This document shows positions 41,660 through 52,047 of a stretch of 64,000 bases of DNA, one piece after another. The number at the start of each line of letters is the position of its first letter. Position 1 is the stretch's first letter. This DNA comes from Opitutaceae bacterium (GTDB taxonomy: Bacteria > Verrucomicrobiota > Verrucomicrobiia > Opitutales > Opitutaceae), in assembly GCA_009919985.1 (NCBI GenBank), contig RGAX01000001.1:227-64226 (forward strand). The letters are read 5' to 3'. The notes beneath the pieces were generated by a model. The model saw only the letters and a list, made by a program, of their open reading frames with translations, made no database searches and was not told where the DNA came from. The position numbers and the translations under genes are program-made.

Positions 41660-42763
41660 ATGTCCGCTCTTTCGTCTCTCGCCCTCCCTCATGTGGCTTC
41701 ACTTCACGCCTACACGCCCGGTCTTCAACCGACTGAGCCAGGCTGGGTGAAACTCAATACCAACGAGTGCCCGTATCCGCCAAGTCCGCGCGTCGCCGAG
41801 GCGCTGCGGCGCGAGATCGGGGAAGACAGCGGCTCGCTCCGCCTTTACCCTAACCCCAAGAGCACCCCGTTACGGACCGCCATCGCCACGCACCACGGCC
41901 ACAATCTCACCGCGGAAAACGTCATCGTTGGCAACGGTTCCGACGACATCCTCAATCTGCTCGTGCGAGCCTTCTGTACCCGCGAGGCTGCTGCGGGATT
42001 TACGTTTCCGAGTTATTCACTCTATCCAGTTCTCGTCGAAATCCAAGATGCCGGCAGCCTCGTCATCGAGTTTGACCGCACGATGCGTCTACCAATCGAG
42101 CGCATCGCTGCTTCCAAAGCCCGCGCGTTTTTCCTGACCTCACCCAATGCCCCCACGGGCGTAGCCTTCTCCAACGCCGAACTCACTCGTGTACTCGCAG
42201 TGTTTCCTGGCTTGCTGGTCGTCGACGAAGCCTACGCACCCTTCGCAAGCGAAGACGCCGTGCCCTTGCTTGCTACGCACCCGCGTTTGGTCGTGGTGCG
42301 TACCTTGTCCAAAGCCCACGCGCTCGCAGGCATCCGCGTCGGCTATGCGCTCGCCGATCCCGAGATCATTGAGCTGCTCGACCGCGTGCGCGACAGTTAC
42401 AACGTCAATCGCCTCTCTCAAGCTGCCGCGCTCGCCGCTCTCGGGCACCCCGAATATTACGCCGGTATTATCGCTCGGATTAAAAATACCCGAGATAGTT
42501 TCGTCACAGAATGTCAGCAGCGTCGCGGCTGGTTCACTTATAAATCTTCGTCGAATTTTATTTTCACGGAACCCAAAAATGCCCGCGGTGAATCTGGCCC
42601 GGTCGTCGCCAAGGCCGCCTATGATTTCCTGTGCGCGCACAAGATCCTAGTCCGGCACTTCCCCAGCCACGCCTTGACCGCGTCTTTTCTTCGAATCAGC
42701 GTGGGCACCGATGACGAAATGCTCGTCCTCTCCGAAACCTTGGACACATGGCTAAAAACTTAA
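41660..42763 (+). CDS. hisC: Histidinol-phosphate aminotransferase
   Basis: 367 aa. [36 protein letters not shown]. Confidence 0.95.
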   Translation: MSALSSLALPHVASLHAYTPGLQPTEPGWVKLNTNECPYPPSPRVAEALRREIGEDSGSLRLYPNPKSTPLRTAIATHHGHNLTAENVIVGNGSDDILNLLVRAFCTREAAAGFTFPSYSLYPVLVEIQDAGSLVIEFDRTMRLPIERIAASKARAFFLTSPNAPTGVAFSNAELTRVLAVFPGLLVVDEAYAPFASEDAVPLLATHPRLVVVRTLSKAHALAGIRVGYALADPEIIELLDRVRDSYNVNRLSQAAALAALGHPEYYAGIIARIKNTRDSFVTECQQRRGWFTYKSSSNFIFTEPKNARGESGPVVAKAAYDFLCAHKILVRHFPSHALTASFLRISVGTDDEMLVLSETLDTWLKT

Positions 42764-43350
42764 ATCGCCTCGCCACCGTCGCTCGTAAAACCGCCGAGAC
42801 CGATATCGTGCTCACGCTCGGCGTGGACGGTACCGGAGTTTCCGCAATCGAGACGGGCGTGCCATTCTTCGATCACATGCTCACGCTCTTTTCCAAGCAC
42901 GGGCTCTTCGATCTCAACCTCAAAGCTAAGGGTGACGTCGACGTCGATTATCATCACACGGTCGAAGATGTCGGCCTCGTCTTGGGTCAGGCGTTTAAAG
43001 AAGCCCTCGGCGACAAGCTCGGGATCCGGCGCTACGGTTTTTTCCTGCTGCCCATGGATGAATCCCTCGCCCGCGTTGTTGTCGATGTCGGTGGCCGCCC
43101 GCACTTGGTTTACGAAGCGAACGCGCCGACGATGTTCGTGCGCGATTTCAACATCGTACTCGTGAAGGAATTTTGCCGCGCTTTCAGTAACGCCCTCGGT
43201 GCAAATCTCCACGTAACTTTGATTTACGGTGAAGAACCGCATCACGTCGCCGAAGCCATTTTCAAAGGTCTCGCGCGCGCACTCGATATGGCGACTCAGA
43301 TCGAGCCTCGCGCGGCCGATCAACTTCCTAGCACCAAAGGTAAAATCTGA
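42748..43350 (+). CDS. hisB: Imidazoleglycerol-phosphate dehydratase
   Basis: 200 aa. [45 protein letters not shown]. Confidence 0.96.
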   Translation: MAKNLNRLATVARKTAETDIVLTLGVDGTGVSAIETGVPFFDHMLTLFSKHGLFDLNLKAKGDVDVDYHHTVEDVGLVLGQAFKEALGDKLGIRRYGFFLLPMDESLARVVVDVGGRPHLVYEANAPTMFVRDFNIVLVKEFCRAFSNALGANLHVTLIYGEEPHHVAEAIFKGLARALDMATQIEPRAADQLPSTKGKI

Positions 43351-43558
43351 GTTCAGGGATTTTCCCTTGTTAGGGAGGGGGAGGTTAGAGGCGGTTTGAC
43401 CTTTGAACCGGTGCGTTTTCAAGCCCGTTAGGGCTAACGCTTTTGGTTAAAAAAAGCGTGAAGCAATGATTCATTGCGCTGCAGTGCGGATTGAAAAAAT
43501 TACGCGGAATTTTTTTTCAGCATGGCGCCGCCGCGCACGAGCGTTACGGTTATGAGCT

Positions 43559-44197
43559 ATGTCCGCCCCCGTCATCGCCGTCATTGACAACGGAATTTGC
43601 AACCTGCGTAGCGTCACCAAGGCCCTCGAAGCTGTGGGCGCTGCACCCTGTGTCGTGCACACGCCCGACGAGGTCGAGGCAAGCCGGGCGGTCGGCTTGG
43701 TGTTGCCCGGGGTAGGGGCCCTGAGGGATTGTGTGGCTTCGCTGCGGGCTTCTAAATTGGATGCCACCTTACGCGCATGGATCGGAGCGGACCGGCCGTT
43801 TCTCGGCGTGTGTTTGGGCATGCAGGCACTATTTGATCATTCGCAAGAGGGTGACGTGAAAGGCTTAGGGATTTTGCCGGGTAAAGTAGTGCGTTTCCAA
43901 CGCCCGCCGGAGTTTAAGATTCCGCACATGGGTTGGAATACCGTGCGTTTTACTCAGCCTGGTTCGCCCCTAGCGGCGGGATTGGCAAAAGAGGGGGAGG
44001 CCTTTTATTTTGTGCATAGCTTTCACTGCGTGCCCGCAGACCCAGCGTTTGTCTTGGGTGAGTGTGATTACGGTGGGGTTTTCTGTGCTGCGGTCGGCCA
44101 AGGGCGGGTCTTTGCCACGCAATTTCACCCGGAGAAGAGCCAAGCCAAGGGGCTGCAGATTTACCGCAACTTCGCTACATTGGCGGCCCAGGGTTGA
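43559..44197 (+). CDS. hisH: Imidazole glycerol phosphate synthase, glutamine amidotransferase subunit
   Basis: 212 aa. VIAVIDNGICNLRSVTKAL, GVCLGMQALF, TQFHPEKS. Confidence 0.95.
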   Translation: MSAPVIAVIDNGICNLRSVTKALEAVGAAPCVVHTPDEVEASRAVGLVLPGVGALRDCVASLRASKLDATLRAWIGADRPFLGVCLGMQALFDHSQEGDVKGLGILPGKVVRFQRPPEFKIPHMGWNTVRFTQPGSPLAAGLAKEGEAFYFVHSFHCVPADPAFVLGECDYGGVFCAAVGQGRVFATQFHPEKSQAKGLQIYRNFATLAAQG

Positions 44198-44318
44198 GCC
44201 CTAGACTTCACATTTGCTTACACGGGGCTGTGCGCCGGCTAATTCTAGGCGGAAGATTTTCAATCTACTCTATCTTTGTTTTGCCAGTGGCGAAGTTTTT
44301 AGCTCCGCTCGGCCCATC

Positions 44319-45617
44319 ATGGCCAACTCCGCCTCACTGAAGATCGACGATAAAGAATACCCCTTGCCGATCCTAGTTGGCTCCGAAGGGGAGAAAGCCG
44401 TCGACACCCGTGCGCTTCGCGCATCCTCCGGTTACATCGCCTACGACCAAGGCTACGGCAACACCGGCTCCTGTGAGAGCCAGATCACCTACCTCGACGG
44501 CGATAACGGCGTGCTGCGCCATCGTGGTTATCCCATCGAGCAACTCGCGGCGCACAGCGATTACGTCGAGACCGCCTATCTGGTGATCTACGGCGAGCTC
44601 CCCAACGCCGTGCAACGTAAAGAATTCGGTCTTCGCCTTCGGCAAAACGCCGCGGTCGAGACCCAGATGCAGAAAATTTTCGAAGGTTTCCCCAAGGATG
44701 CGCCGCCGATGGCGATGTTGTCCTCGATCGTCGCCTCGCTCGCGGCGCATTACCCGCATCTAGCGACGAATAATTTCGAAAAAGACCTCACCCACTTCGA
44801 CCTCGCGGCTGCGATGGCGATTTCGAAAATCCGCACCATCGGAGCGATGATCTATCGCTACCAAAAGGGCCTGCCCTATATTTTCCCGAAGCAGGAGCTG
44901 CCGTTCTGCGAGAACTTCCTGCACATGATGTTCTCCGAGCCGTATCAAGATTACCTCTCCGTCCCTGAGGTCGCTAAGGCCCTAAATCTGCTGCTCCTGC
45001 TCCACGCCGATCACGAGCAAAATTGCTCCACGTCTACCACTCGAATGGTCGGATCCAGCGCCGCCAATCTCTTTACCTCGCTCTCCGCCGGTATTTGCGC
45101 GCTTTCTGGCCCGTTGCACGGTGGCGCCAACGCCGCAGTAATGCAGATGCTCCAATCCATCCACGACGAGGGCGACGACGGTACGCGTTTCATCGCCGCC
45201 GCCAAATCTGGCAGCAAAACCAACCGTCTGATGGGCTTCGGCCACGCCGTTTACAAAAATTTCGATCCTCGCGCCAAGATCATCGGCAAGGCCTGCGACG
45301 AAGTTCTAGCCAAGCTCGGTATCAACGACCCGCTGCTCGCCATCGCCAAAAATCTCGAGCAGGCCGCGCTTAAGGACGAGTACTTCGTCTCTCGTAAACT
45401 TTACCCCAACGTCGATTTCTACAGCGGCATCATCATGCGCGCCCTCGGTATTCCCGTGAACATGTTCACCGTAATCTTCGCCATTGGTCGCGCTCCAGGC
45501 TGGATCGCGAATTGGCGCGAAGTCGCAGCCAATCCTAAGGGCCGCATCTATCGCCCGCGCCAAATTTACGTCGGCCCGGTCAAACGTGACTTCGTGCCGA
45601 TGGCGCAACGCGGTTAA
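44319..45617 (+). CDS. gltA: Citrate synthase
   Basis: Internal ATG of ORF 44214..45617. LLLHADHEQNCSTST, GPLHGGAN, GFGHAVYKNFDPRA. Confidence 0.95.
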   Translation: MANSASLKIDDKEYPLPILVGSEGEKAVDTRALRASSGYIAYDQGYGNTGSCESQITYLDGDNGVLRHRGYPIEQLAAHSDYVETAYLVIYGELPNAVQRKEFGLRLRQNAAVETQMQKIFEGFPKDAPPMAMLSSIVASLAAHYPHLATNNFEKDLTHFDLAAAMAISKIRTIGAMIYRYQKGLPYIFPKQELPFCENFLHMMFSEPYQDYLSVPEVAKALNLLLLLHADHEQNCSTSTTRMVGSSAANLFTSLSAGICALSGPLHGGANAAVMQMLQSIHDEGDDGTRFIAAAKSGSKTNRLMGFGHAVYKNFDPRAKIIGKACDEVLAKLGINDPLLAIAKNLEQAALKDEYFVSRKLYPNVDFYSGIIMRALGIPVNMFTVIFAIGRAPGWIANWREVAANPKGRIYRPRQIYVGPVKRDFVPMAQRG

Positions 45618-45625
45618 GACCGAGC

Positions 45626-46348
45626 TTATTTCGTCTCCGGCTTGGCGTGCATCAATTGCTCGAGCTCTAAGCCGGTGATGCGCTTTAGGCCGCCCAACAA
45701 GCGCCACAGCGCATACATTGACATCGCCGCCGAAGGTAGCGCGATCACTGGCCAGCTCAACATGTTCATGCGGGCCAATTCCGCGTTGAATGCCTCGGAC
45801 CCGGCGGGGCTTTTTAGTAGATATCGGGCGAGACCGTAATTGAGCACGGCGCTCAGAAAAAACGAACCCGCTAGCAGGAAACTCGAGCCTCGGAGCAATT
45901 GCTCGAACTCCGCCCGGCTGTTGCGTTCCGCAAGCGCCACGTCCACCCGCTCTACGTCGATCACCTGTGGATTGTAGAGCATTTCTTTCACCAGCGGCGT
46001 CCGCGTGCCCATCGAGGTCAACACCACCAAGCCGATCACTGCCGGCACGGCCGCTTCCTTAACGGCGAACCACAGCACATCCAACTGCAGCAACGCAAAA
46101 CCACCCGTGATCAAAATACTTAAAAACCCGATGGCCGATAAAAAGTTAAATTTCCTCCTCTGGAGATAATCGTGGATCGAATAGCCCAAAGGAAACAAAA
46201 GCGCCACGATCAACGCCAACTTGGGGCCCAGCCACACTGCCTTGCTCCCTGAACTGAGGATAAATGACGGCAACGCAATGTTGCAGACGATATTGATGAG
46301 CAGGTTTTCGCGTTTGGGCGCGGCGGTTGCTGATGCTTGAGCAGTCAT
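45626..46348 (-). CDS. Polytopic inner-membrane protein of unknown function
   Basis: 240 aa with about 5-6 hydrophobic helices. Converges on gltA (8 nt between the stops) and is divergent from pdxJ. I do not recognise the family with confidence. Confidence 0.7.
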   Translation of the reverse strand: MTAQASATAAPKRENLLINIVCNIALPSFILSSGSKAVWLGPKLALIVALLFPLGYSIHDYLQRRKFNFLSAIGFLSILITGGFALLQLDVLWFAVKEAAVPAVIGLVVLTSMGTRTPLVKEMLYNPQVIDVERVDVALAERNSRAEFEQLLRGSSFLLAGSFFLSAVLNYGLARYLLKSPAGSEAFNAELARMNMLSWPVIALPSAAMSMYALWRLLGGLKRITGLELEQLMHAKPETK

Positions 46349-46404
46349 TTCGTTTTGCGTTCCAGAATTACGACCCGCTTAGTCGGGTCAAACCTTCCAC
46401 TCCC

Positions 46405-47148
46405 ATGCTGCTCCTCGGCGTTAACATCGATCATTGTGCTACCGTTCGCCAAGCCCGTTACCGGCAAGCGCCCGCTACGCTGGGCGCCGCCGTGGAACCG
46501 GATCCGGTTACCCTTGCAGTCCTCGCCGAACGCGCTGGCGCCGATGGCATCACCATTCACCTCCGTGAAGACCGCCGCCATATCCAAGAGCGCGACGTCT
46601 GGCGCACCCGGGAGACCATCTGTACGCGTCTCAACTTCGAGATGGCGTGCACGCCGTGGATGATCGATTTTGCCCTAAAGTTAAAACCCGACTCCGTGTG
46701 TCTTGTCCCCGAAAGCCGCGAAGAAATCACGACCGAAGGCGGCCTCGACATCATTGGCCAACGCGAACGCGTTCGCGCCTGCGTCGAAGCGATGAGTGCC
46801 GCCGGTATTGCGGTGAGCCTGTTCATCGATCCCGATGATGCCGCCATCGAAGCCTCCGCTGCGGTGAAAGCGCCTTGGGTTGAGTTACACACGGGCGCTT
46901 ACGCCAATGCCTACTATGGCGCGCACCGGGCTGCCGAATTTCAACGTCTCCGGCTCGGCGCCGTACGCGCCCACGAACTCGGCCTTACGGTCAACGCCGG
47001 CCACGGCATCAATTACGTGAACATTACCGAAGTCCGCACCTTGCCGCACTTGCACGAACTAAATATTGGTCATAGCTTGATCAGTCGTGCGCTGTTCACC
47101 GGCATCGAAGAAGCCGTCCGCGAAATGAAGGCGCGCATGAATCCCTGA
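46405..47148 (+). CDS. pdxJ: Pyridoxine 5'-phosphate synthase
   Basis: Internal ATG of ORF 46327..47148. [38 protein letters not shown]. Confidence 0.95.
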   Translation: MLLLGVNIDHCATVRQARYRQAPATLGAAVEPDPVTLAVLAERAGADGITIHLREDRRHIQERDVWRTRETICTRLNFEMACTPWMIDFALKLKPDSVCLVPESREEITTEGGLDIIGQRERVRACVEAMSAAGIAVSLFIDPDDAAIEASAAVKAPWVELHTGAYANAYYGAHRAAEFQRLRLGAVRAHELGLTVNAGHGINYVNITEVRTLPHLHELNIGHSLISRALFTGIEEAVREMKARMNP

Positions 47149-47161
47149 GTTTTTTTGGCCC

Positions 47162-47569
47162 ATGAATCTCTCCCTCCCGCCCGGCGGTGTCCTTGTTGGC
47201 CTCGGTTGCGACCTTGTTGAGGTCCAACGCATCCGCGATGTACTCGAGCGCCACGGCGATCATTTCCTTGATCGGGTGTTCACTGCCGAGGAACGCGCCT
47301 ATTGTATGAGCATGGCGCAGCCCCACAAACACCTCGCCGCGCGTTGGGCCGCGAAAGAGGCGATTTCAAAAACATTCACCACCGGCATCGGCGCTGATTT
47401 AGGCTGGAAATCCATGTCGATCTACCACGGCGAACGGGCCGAACCGCGCGTACGACTCGATCAAAAAGCTGCCGCGCTCCTCGCCCACGTCGGTGGTACG
47501 CATATTCACGTGAGTCTATCTCACACTGAGACGACCGCCATGGCGGTCGCGGCCATCGTCCGCGCTTAA
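47162..47569 (+). CDS. acpS: Holo-[acyl-carrier-protein] synthase
   Basis: 135 aa. GLGCDLVEVQRI, FTAEERAYC, WAAKEAISK. Confidence 0.92.
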   Translation: MNLSLPPGGVLVGLGCDLVEVQRIRDVLERHGDHFLDRVFTAEERAYCMSMAQPHKHLAARWAAKEAISKTFTTGIGADLGWKSMSIYHGERAEPRVRLDQKAAALLAHVGGTHIHVSLSHTETTAMAVAAIVRA

Positions 47570-47581
47570 ACCCATTTCTCG

Positions 47582-49534
47582 ATGTATCAGCAAGAGCCCA
47601 ACGAGTTCGAGGCTGAGCAAACTCCTCCGCCCGAATCGAAACCTAAACCCTCGATGGTGCCTTCTTGGGTGATGCTGGGTTTCATCGTCGGAGCGTTATT
47701 TGTATGGGCGCTGCCGAAGCGGGAATCTGCGTCTGCGTCCGCGCCGCCAGAAGCGCCCTCGCTCGTGGTCCAGGCTACATCGCGCCTTACAACGATCGAG
47801 GCCGTGTTCGCAGAGTGGGGTCAATATGCCGTCTGGCATCAGGATCGCACCGAGATTGCGCTCTGGAACAGCGAGATTCAGGCCTATTCTGATTGCTACG
47901 AAGTGCTGCGCAATGATGGCGCGTTTTTCTTCCGGTCGATCCCGCGATTGACGCACCCGCTGCTTACGCACGGCCTGCAGGCCAACTTGGAAAATTGCCC
48001 GATTCAATTCACCGAAACCACTGCGCAACGGACGACTTGGCTCGGCGAAAAAAATCAAGAAACTTGGCGCTCGATCAGCCACCCGATTCTCAGCTGCGAG
48101 GAAGTCCGCGCATTTGAGGCGGCTTATTTTGGGGGTGACCAAGCGCGTGAATGGACCGCGATGCAACGCGCAGGCCGCGCCTTGGGTGCCGCGGTGCAAC
48201 GTGATTTTCAGGAGATCGGGGAATTCCCTGCCACCGCGCGGATTCTCGTGCTCGCAGGCAAAGGCCACAACGCGGGTGATGCCTTCATTGCGGCGCAGGA
48301 TCTGCTCGAGAAAAATCCTCAGGCTATCGCCGAGGTTTTGTTTTTCTTCGGGGAAGGCTCGCTGCGTCCGCTTGCGCAACGTGCATGGCGGGCGCTGGTC
48401 CACTGCGCGCACGAGCGCGTGCGCGTCATCACCGCGCTCGCAGGCGACGCCTATACGGTCAGCCTAGACGGTGTTTTTGGTTTTCAGTTTCGAGCGCCCG
48501 CTGAATCACGGGTGGTCGAGCTTTTCGCCCAGATCAACGCCTGCCCAATTCACTTTCGGGCTGCAGTGGATTTGCCGAGTGCGGATTTGTTTCAGGCTGA
48601 TTTTACCTACGCGACAGGGATCGTAAAAACTCCTGTGCTCCATTCCGCTCGGGCCGGGCGCGTGCGTTACCTTGATCTCGGTTTTTTTGATGGCACCAAT
48701 CCGATGCCAGCGGTGCAGAACCGCGTGCTCATCCCCGAGTTGTTGGCGCCTTTGGCGGCCTTGCGGCCGGCGATTTCTGATAAACGCACGTATGGACATG
48801 TGGGCATAATCGGCGGCTCGTGCAGTTATCCAGGCGCGGTGTTGATGACGGCCCTGGCGGCGTTGCGCAGTGGCGTGGGTCTGGTGACGGCTTTTGTGCC
48901 TGAGACTCTGGCTTCGGCGTTTGCGGCCCGGGCTCCCGAGGTGATGTGGGTAGGCTGGCCAGAGACACCCGGTGGCGGACTTGCGCTTGAGGGGCAGCAT
49001 TTATTGAAGGCGCGGGCTGAGCGTCTGGATGCCTTGGTGCTGGGACCGGGCGTGGGACGGGAGGCGGAGACGCTCGCTCTACTGCGGGACATCGTCGCGA
49101 CCTCGGCAGTGCCGCTAGTGATCGACGCGGATGCGTTGCAGCCAGATATCGTCGCAGTTGGTAACGCCCCGCGCGTACTCACGCCCCACGCCGGTGAATG
49201 GGCGCGCATCGCCGGTGCGACGTTGCCGTCGGCGACGCTGGTGCGTAAAGGGCCGGTGACGCGCATCGAAAGCGGCAGCGGTTTGGGCCCGAGTTACCAT
49301 AGTTTTTTTGGCGGGCCGGTGCTGGCGCGGGGTGGCAGCGGCGATGTGTTGGCTGGCTTGATCGGTGGTTTGCTCGCGCATACTTCGGGTGAAGTTGAAC
49401 TCGCGGCCGCGCGGGGCGTACTCTGGCACGGACTTGCTGCGGACGCGCTGGCGCGGCAGCACGGCCAAGTGGCAGTTACGACGACTCAGGTGCTCGATTT
49501 TTTACCCAAAATTTTGCGAAAGCAATTTGCATGA
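47582..49534 (+). CDS. nnr: Bifunctional NAD(P)H-hydrate repair enzyme (epimerase plus ADP-dependent dehydratase) fused to an N-terminal TM/unknown region of about 170 aa
   Basis: YjeF_N-like LVLAGKGHNAGDAFIAA. C-terminal kinase-fold domain with IIGGSCSYPGAVLMTALAALRSG and GGSGDVLAGLIGGLLA. N-terminal TM WVMLGFIVGALFVWALP. Confidence 0.85.
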   Translation: MYQQEPNEFEAEQTPPPESKPKPSMVPSWVMLGFIVGALFVWALPKRESASASAPPEAPSLVVQATSRLTTIEAVFAEWGQYAVWHQDRTEIALWNSEIQAYSDCYEVLRNDGAFFFRSIPRLTHPLLTHGLQANLENCPIQFTETTAQRTTWLGEKNQETWRSISHPILSCEEVRAFEAAYFGGDQAREWTAMQRAGRALGAAVQRDFQEIGEFPATARILVLAGKGHNAGDAFIAAQDLLEKNPQAIAEVLFFFGEGSLRPLAQRAWRALVHCAHERVRVITALAGDAYTVSLDGVFGFQFRAPAESRVVELFAQINACPIHFRAAVDLPSADLFQADFTYATGIVKTPVLHSARAGRVRYLDLGFFDGTNPMPAVQNRVLIPELLAPLAALRPAISDKRTYGHVGIIGGSCSYPGAVLMTALAALRSGVGLVTAFVPETLASAFAARAPEVMWVGWPETPGGGLALEGQHLLKARAERLDALVLGPGVGREAETLALLRDIVATSAVPLVIDADALQPDIVAVGNAPRVLTPHAGEWARIAGATLPSATLVRKGPVTRIESGSGLGPSYHSFFGGPVLARGGSGDVLAGLIGGLLAHTSGEVELAAARGVLWHGLAADALARQHGQVAVTTTQVLDFLPKILRKQFA

Positions 49535-50652
49535 GCGAACTCACCGAGCGGCAGGCATTTTTGGTTTTAAATGCGCTGCCCAATATCGGGCCGATCACGC
49601 TCAACCGACTCCTCGAAGAACTCGGCAGTGATCCGCGGACAATTTTCACGGTCGGTCGACGCCGACTGGAAGCAGTAAAAGGAGTGGGGCCGGTGATGAG
49701 TGCGACCCTTACGAATTGGACGCAGCATTTTGATCTGGCGCGCGAACAGACGCGGATGGCGCAGAGCCAGGTGGATTTTATCATTGGTGGCGATGAGGCT
49801 TATCCAAGGCTGTTGCGGGAGATCTCCGATCCGCCGATCGCTTTGTATCGCAAAGGGCGTTTCGATTTTTCGCAGCCGTGTATCGCGATTGTCGGTTCTC
49901 CAAGCACGACGCTCTATGGAATGGCGACGGCAAAAAAAATTGGTGCAGAGCTGGCGCGATTGGGTTTTTGCGTGGTGAGCGGTTTGTCGCGTGGGATCGA
50001 TACGGCGGCGCATGAGGGCGCGCTCTCGGTTGGCGGCAAGACGGCCGCGGTGCTCGGCAACGGCCTCGATATCGTTTACCCGCCAGAAAATTTGGGCCTC
50101 TACCGGCGGATCGAAGAACAGGGTGTGGTGCTGTCCGAATTTCCGCTCGGGCGGCGGGCCGATTGGCAGTCGTCTGCGATGCGTAATCGCATCGTGGCAG
50201 GTATGTGCGAGGCGACGGTGGTGATCGAAAGCGATGTGGATGGAGGCGCGATGATAACGGCGCGTTTCGCAGGCGAACAAGGGCGGTTGCTCTTCGCGGT
50301 GCCTGGTCGGATTGACCAACCAAGCAGCGCTGGCTGTCACCAGTTGATTCGCGATGGAGCGACATTACTGACAGGCATCGATGATCTGCTTTCGGAGTTA
50401 AATTACCTCGGCGGCTTACGGCCCGCGCCCATCTCGGAAAAACCCGGGACGCCGGAAGGTACGCCGGCGAATCTGACGATCGATGAAGCTCGGGTGTTCG
50501 CGTATTTTGCGAGCGGCACACCCCTGACGCCCGATGCGCTCGCGGAGCTCACGGGTTTGGCGGTGGCTCAGCTCTCGGCAGTGCTGATGATGCTCGAGCT
50601 CAAGCGCGCCATCGCCAAGCGCGCCGACGGCGCCTTTGAGGCGCGGGGTTAG
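49531..50652 (+). CDS. dprA: DNA-processing protein DprA
   Basis: 373 aa. IAIVGSPSTTLYG, VSGLSRGIDTAAHEGAL, C-terminal winged-helix-like tail. ATGA overlap with nnr. Confidence 0.92.
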   Translation: MSELTERQAFLVLNALPNIGPITLNRLLEELGSDPRTIFTVGRRRLEAVKGVGPVMSATLTNWTQHFDLAREQTRMAQSQVDFIIGGDEAYPRLLREISDPPIALYRKGRFDFSQPCIAIVGSPSTTLYGMATAKKIGAELARLGFCVVSGLSRGIDTAAHEGALSVGGKTAAVLGNGLDIVYPPENLGLYRRIEEQGVVLSEFPLGRRADWQSSAMRNRIVAGMCEATVVIESDVDGGAMITARFAGEQGRLLFAVPGRIDQPSSAGCHQLIRDGATLLTGIDDLLSELNYLGGLRPAPISEKPGTPEGTPANLTIDEARVFAYFASGTPLTPDALAELTGLAVAQLSAVLMMLELKRAIAKRADGAFEARG

Positions 50653-50666
50653 CTTCGCATTTTTAC

Positions 50667-51008
50667 TCAGCCCGGTGGCCAGGTGAGGGGGCGACGGGCG
50701 AGGAGGTGGACGTGTAGGTGGGGCACGGATTCGCCGCCATCGGGGCCGTTGTTCACAACCAGGCGAAAGCCGTTAGCAAGTTGCAGTTTTTTCGCTAAAT
50801 TACCGGCGGTCAGTAAGAGGTGACCCAGTAACACTTGATCGTCATTCGTGGCCGCGCCGATGCGTGGCAGGGCTTTTTTGGGAATGATGAGCAGGTGGAC
50901 CGGCGCTTGGGGCTGGATGTCGTGCAGGACGATGCAGAGTTCGTCCTCGTGCTCGATTTTGGCGGGGATTTCGCGGGCGATGATCCGCTCGAAAAGGGTC
51001 TTGGACAT
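50667..51008 (-). CDS. HIT-family (histidine triad) nucleotide-binding protein
   Basis: 113 aa. IFERIIAREIPA... and the triad HLHVHLL. Confidence 0.92.
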   Translation of the reverse strand: MSKTLFERIIAREIPAKIEHEDELCIVLHDIQPQAPVHLLIIPKKALPRIGAATNDDQVLLGHLLLTAGNLAKKLQLANGFRLVVNNGPDGGESVPHLHVHLLARRPLTWPPG

Positions 51009-51086
51009 GAGCGGAGGTTGTCAGCGAAATCAGCTGATGACACGGCAGAATTTTAAGCTCCGTTGTGATTTTGCTAGCAGACCGGC

Positions 51087-51590
51087 CTAGATGAACAGCA
51101 GGTGTAAATCGGCGGTGCGGGCGGTGCGGGCAGCAGTGAGTTCGCGGATGAAGGCGAGGGCCTCCGTGTAATCGCGTTGCCGGCGGGGCGTGGCGCGCAG
51201 GGCGGGCGGCAGCAGAGCGGGGCGGAGGTTAGTGACGAGCAAGGTGGACTCGCGGAAGGCGGCGAGTTGTTTAAGGCCGGTCATGATACCGGCGCGCGTA
51301 AACAGCGGTGTGGCGGCGTGCGGTGTGGCGGCGGCATCCCAGTGGAAGAAGCCGTGTTGGGGGAGATCGGCGAAGCGTTGGGCGAGGAGCTTGGCGGCGG
51401 CGGCGTTGAAGGCGTCGTCAAAAGTCGCGGCAAATTCAGGGTGCGCGGCGGTCTGGGTTTCAAGCTCGCCAAGACTGAAGGTGATGGCGGTCTTGATCTG
51501 TTCAGCGAGGTAAAGGTCGCGGCCCGTGACGTGCGCGAAGAGCTCGTTAATGAAGTGCAGGCGACGGAGGTCGTCGCGGGAGCGCGTCAT
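51087..51590 (-). CDS. Hypothetical protein translationally coupled to nrdR
   Basis: 167 aa. ATGA overlap with the nrdR stop. No motif I recognise. Confidence 0.6.
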   Translation of the reverse strand: MTRSRDDLRRLHFINELFAHVTGRDLYLAEQIKTAITFSLGELETQTAAHPEFAATFDDAFNAAAAKLLAQRFADLPQHGFFHWDAAATPHAATPLFTRAGIMTGLKQLAAFRESTLLVTNLRPALLPPALRATPRRQRDYTEALAFIRELTAARTARTADLHLLFI

Positions 51591-52045
51591 TTCTGCGGTT
51601 TTCCGAGGCTGCTGATCTCGTCGACGAATTCAGTCACGTCGCGGAATTCTTTGTAAACGCTGGCGAAGCGCACGTAGGCGACTTGGTCAATGTTGCGGAG
51701 GCGCTGCATGACTCCGTGGCCGAGCGCGTGCGAAGGAATTTCGGTGTCGAATTGGGCTTCGACGGAATCCATCACGTCCTCGACGAGCATGGCGATTTGT
51801 TCGAGGTCGACGGGTCGTTTGTGGCAGGCGGCACGGACGGCGCGTACAAGTTTCTCGCGGTCGAATTCTTCGCGGCGGCCGTCGCGTTTAATAACGACAA
51901 CTCCGTCTCGCAGGACCGCTTCGGTCGTGCTGTAACGATGACCGCATTCGAGGCATTCCCGGCGGCGGCGGATAGTGGATCCTTCCTTGCTGATACGAGA
52001 ATCGATGACCTTGTCCTCGATGGAGGTGCATTTGGGGCAGCGCAT
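51587..52045 (-). CDS. nrdR: Transcriptional repressor NrdR
   Basis: MRCPKCTSIEDKVIDSRISKEGSTIRRRRECLECGHRYSTTE (zinc ribbon) followed by an ATP-cone. Confidence 0.97.
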   Translation of the reverse strand: MRCPKCTSIEDKVIDSRISKEGSTIRRRRECLECGHRYSTTEAVLRDGVVVIKRDGRREEFDREKLVRAVRAACHKRPVDLEQIAMLVEDVMDSVEAQFDTEIPSHALGHGVMQRLRNIDQVAYVRFASVYKEFRDVTEFVDEISSLGKPQK

Positions 52046-52047
52046 GG

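Noticed and set aside
43471-43821. A 116-codon minus-strand ORF spanning the hisB-hisH spacer and the hisH 5' end.
   Set aside because: It is antisense to the conserved hisH N-terminus, its translation is Ala/Arg/Thr-rich and low-complexity, and it has no motif.
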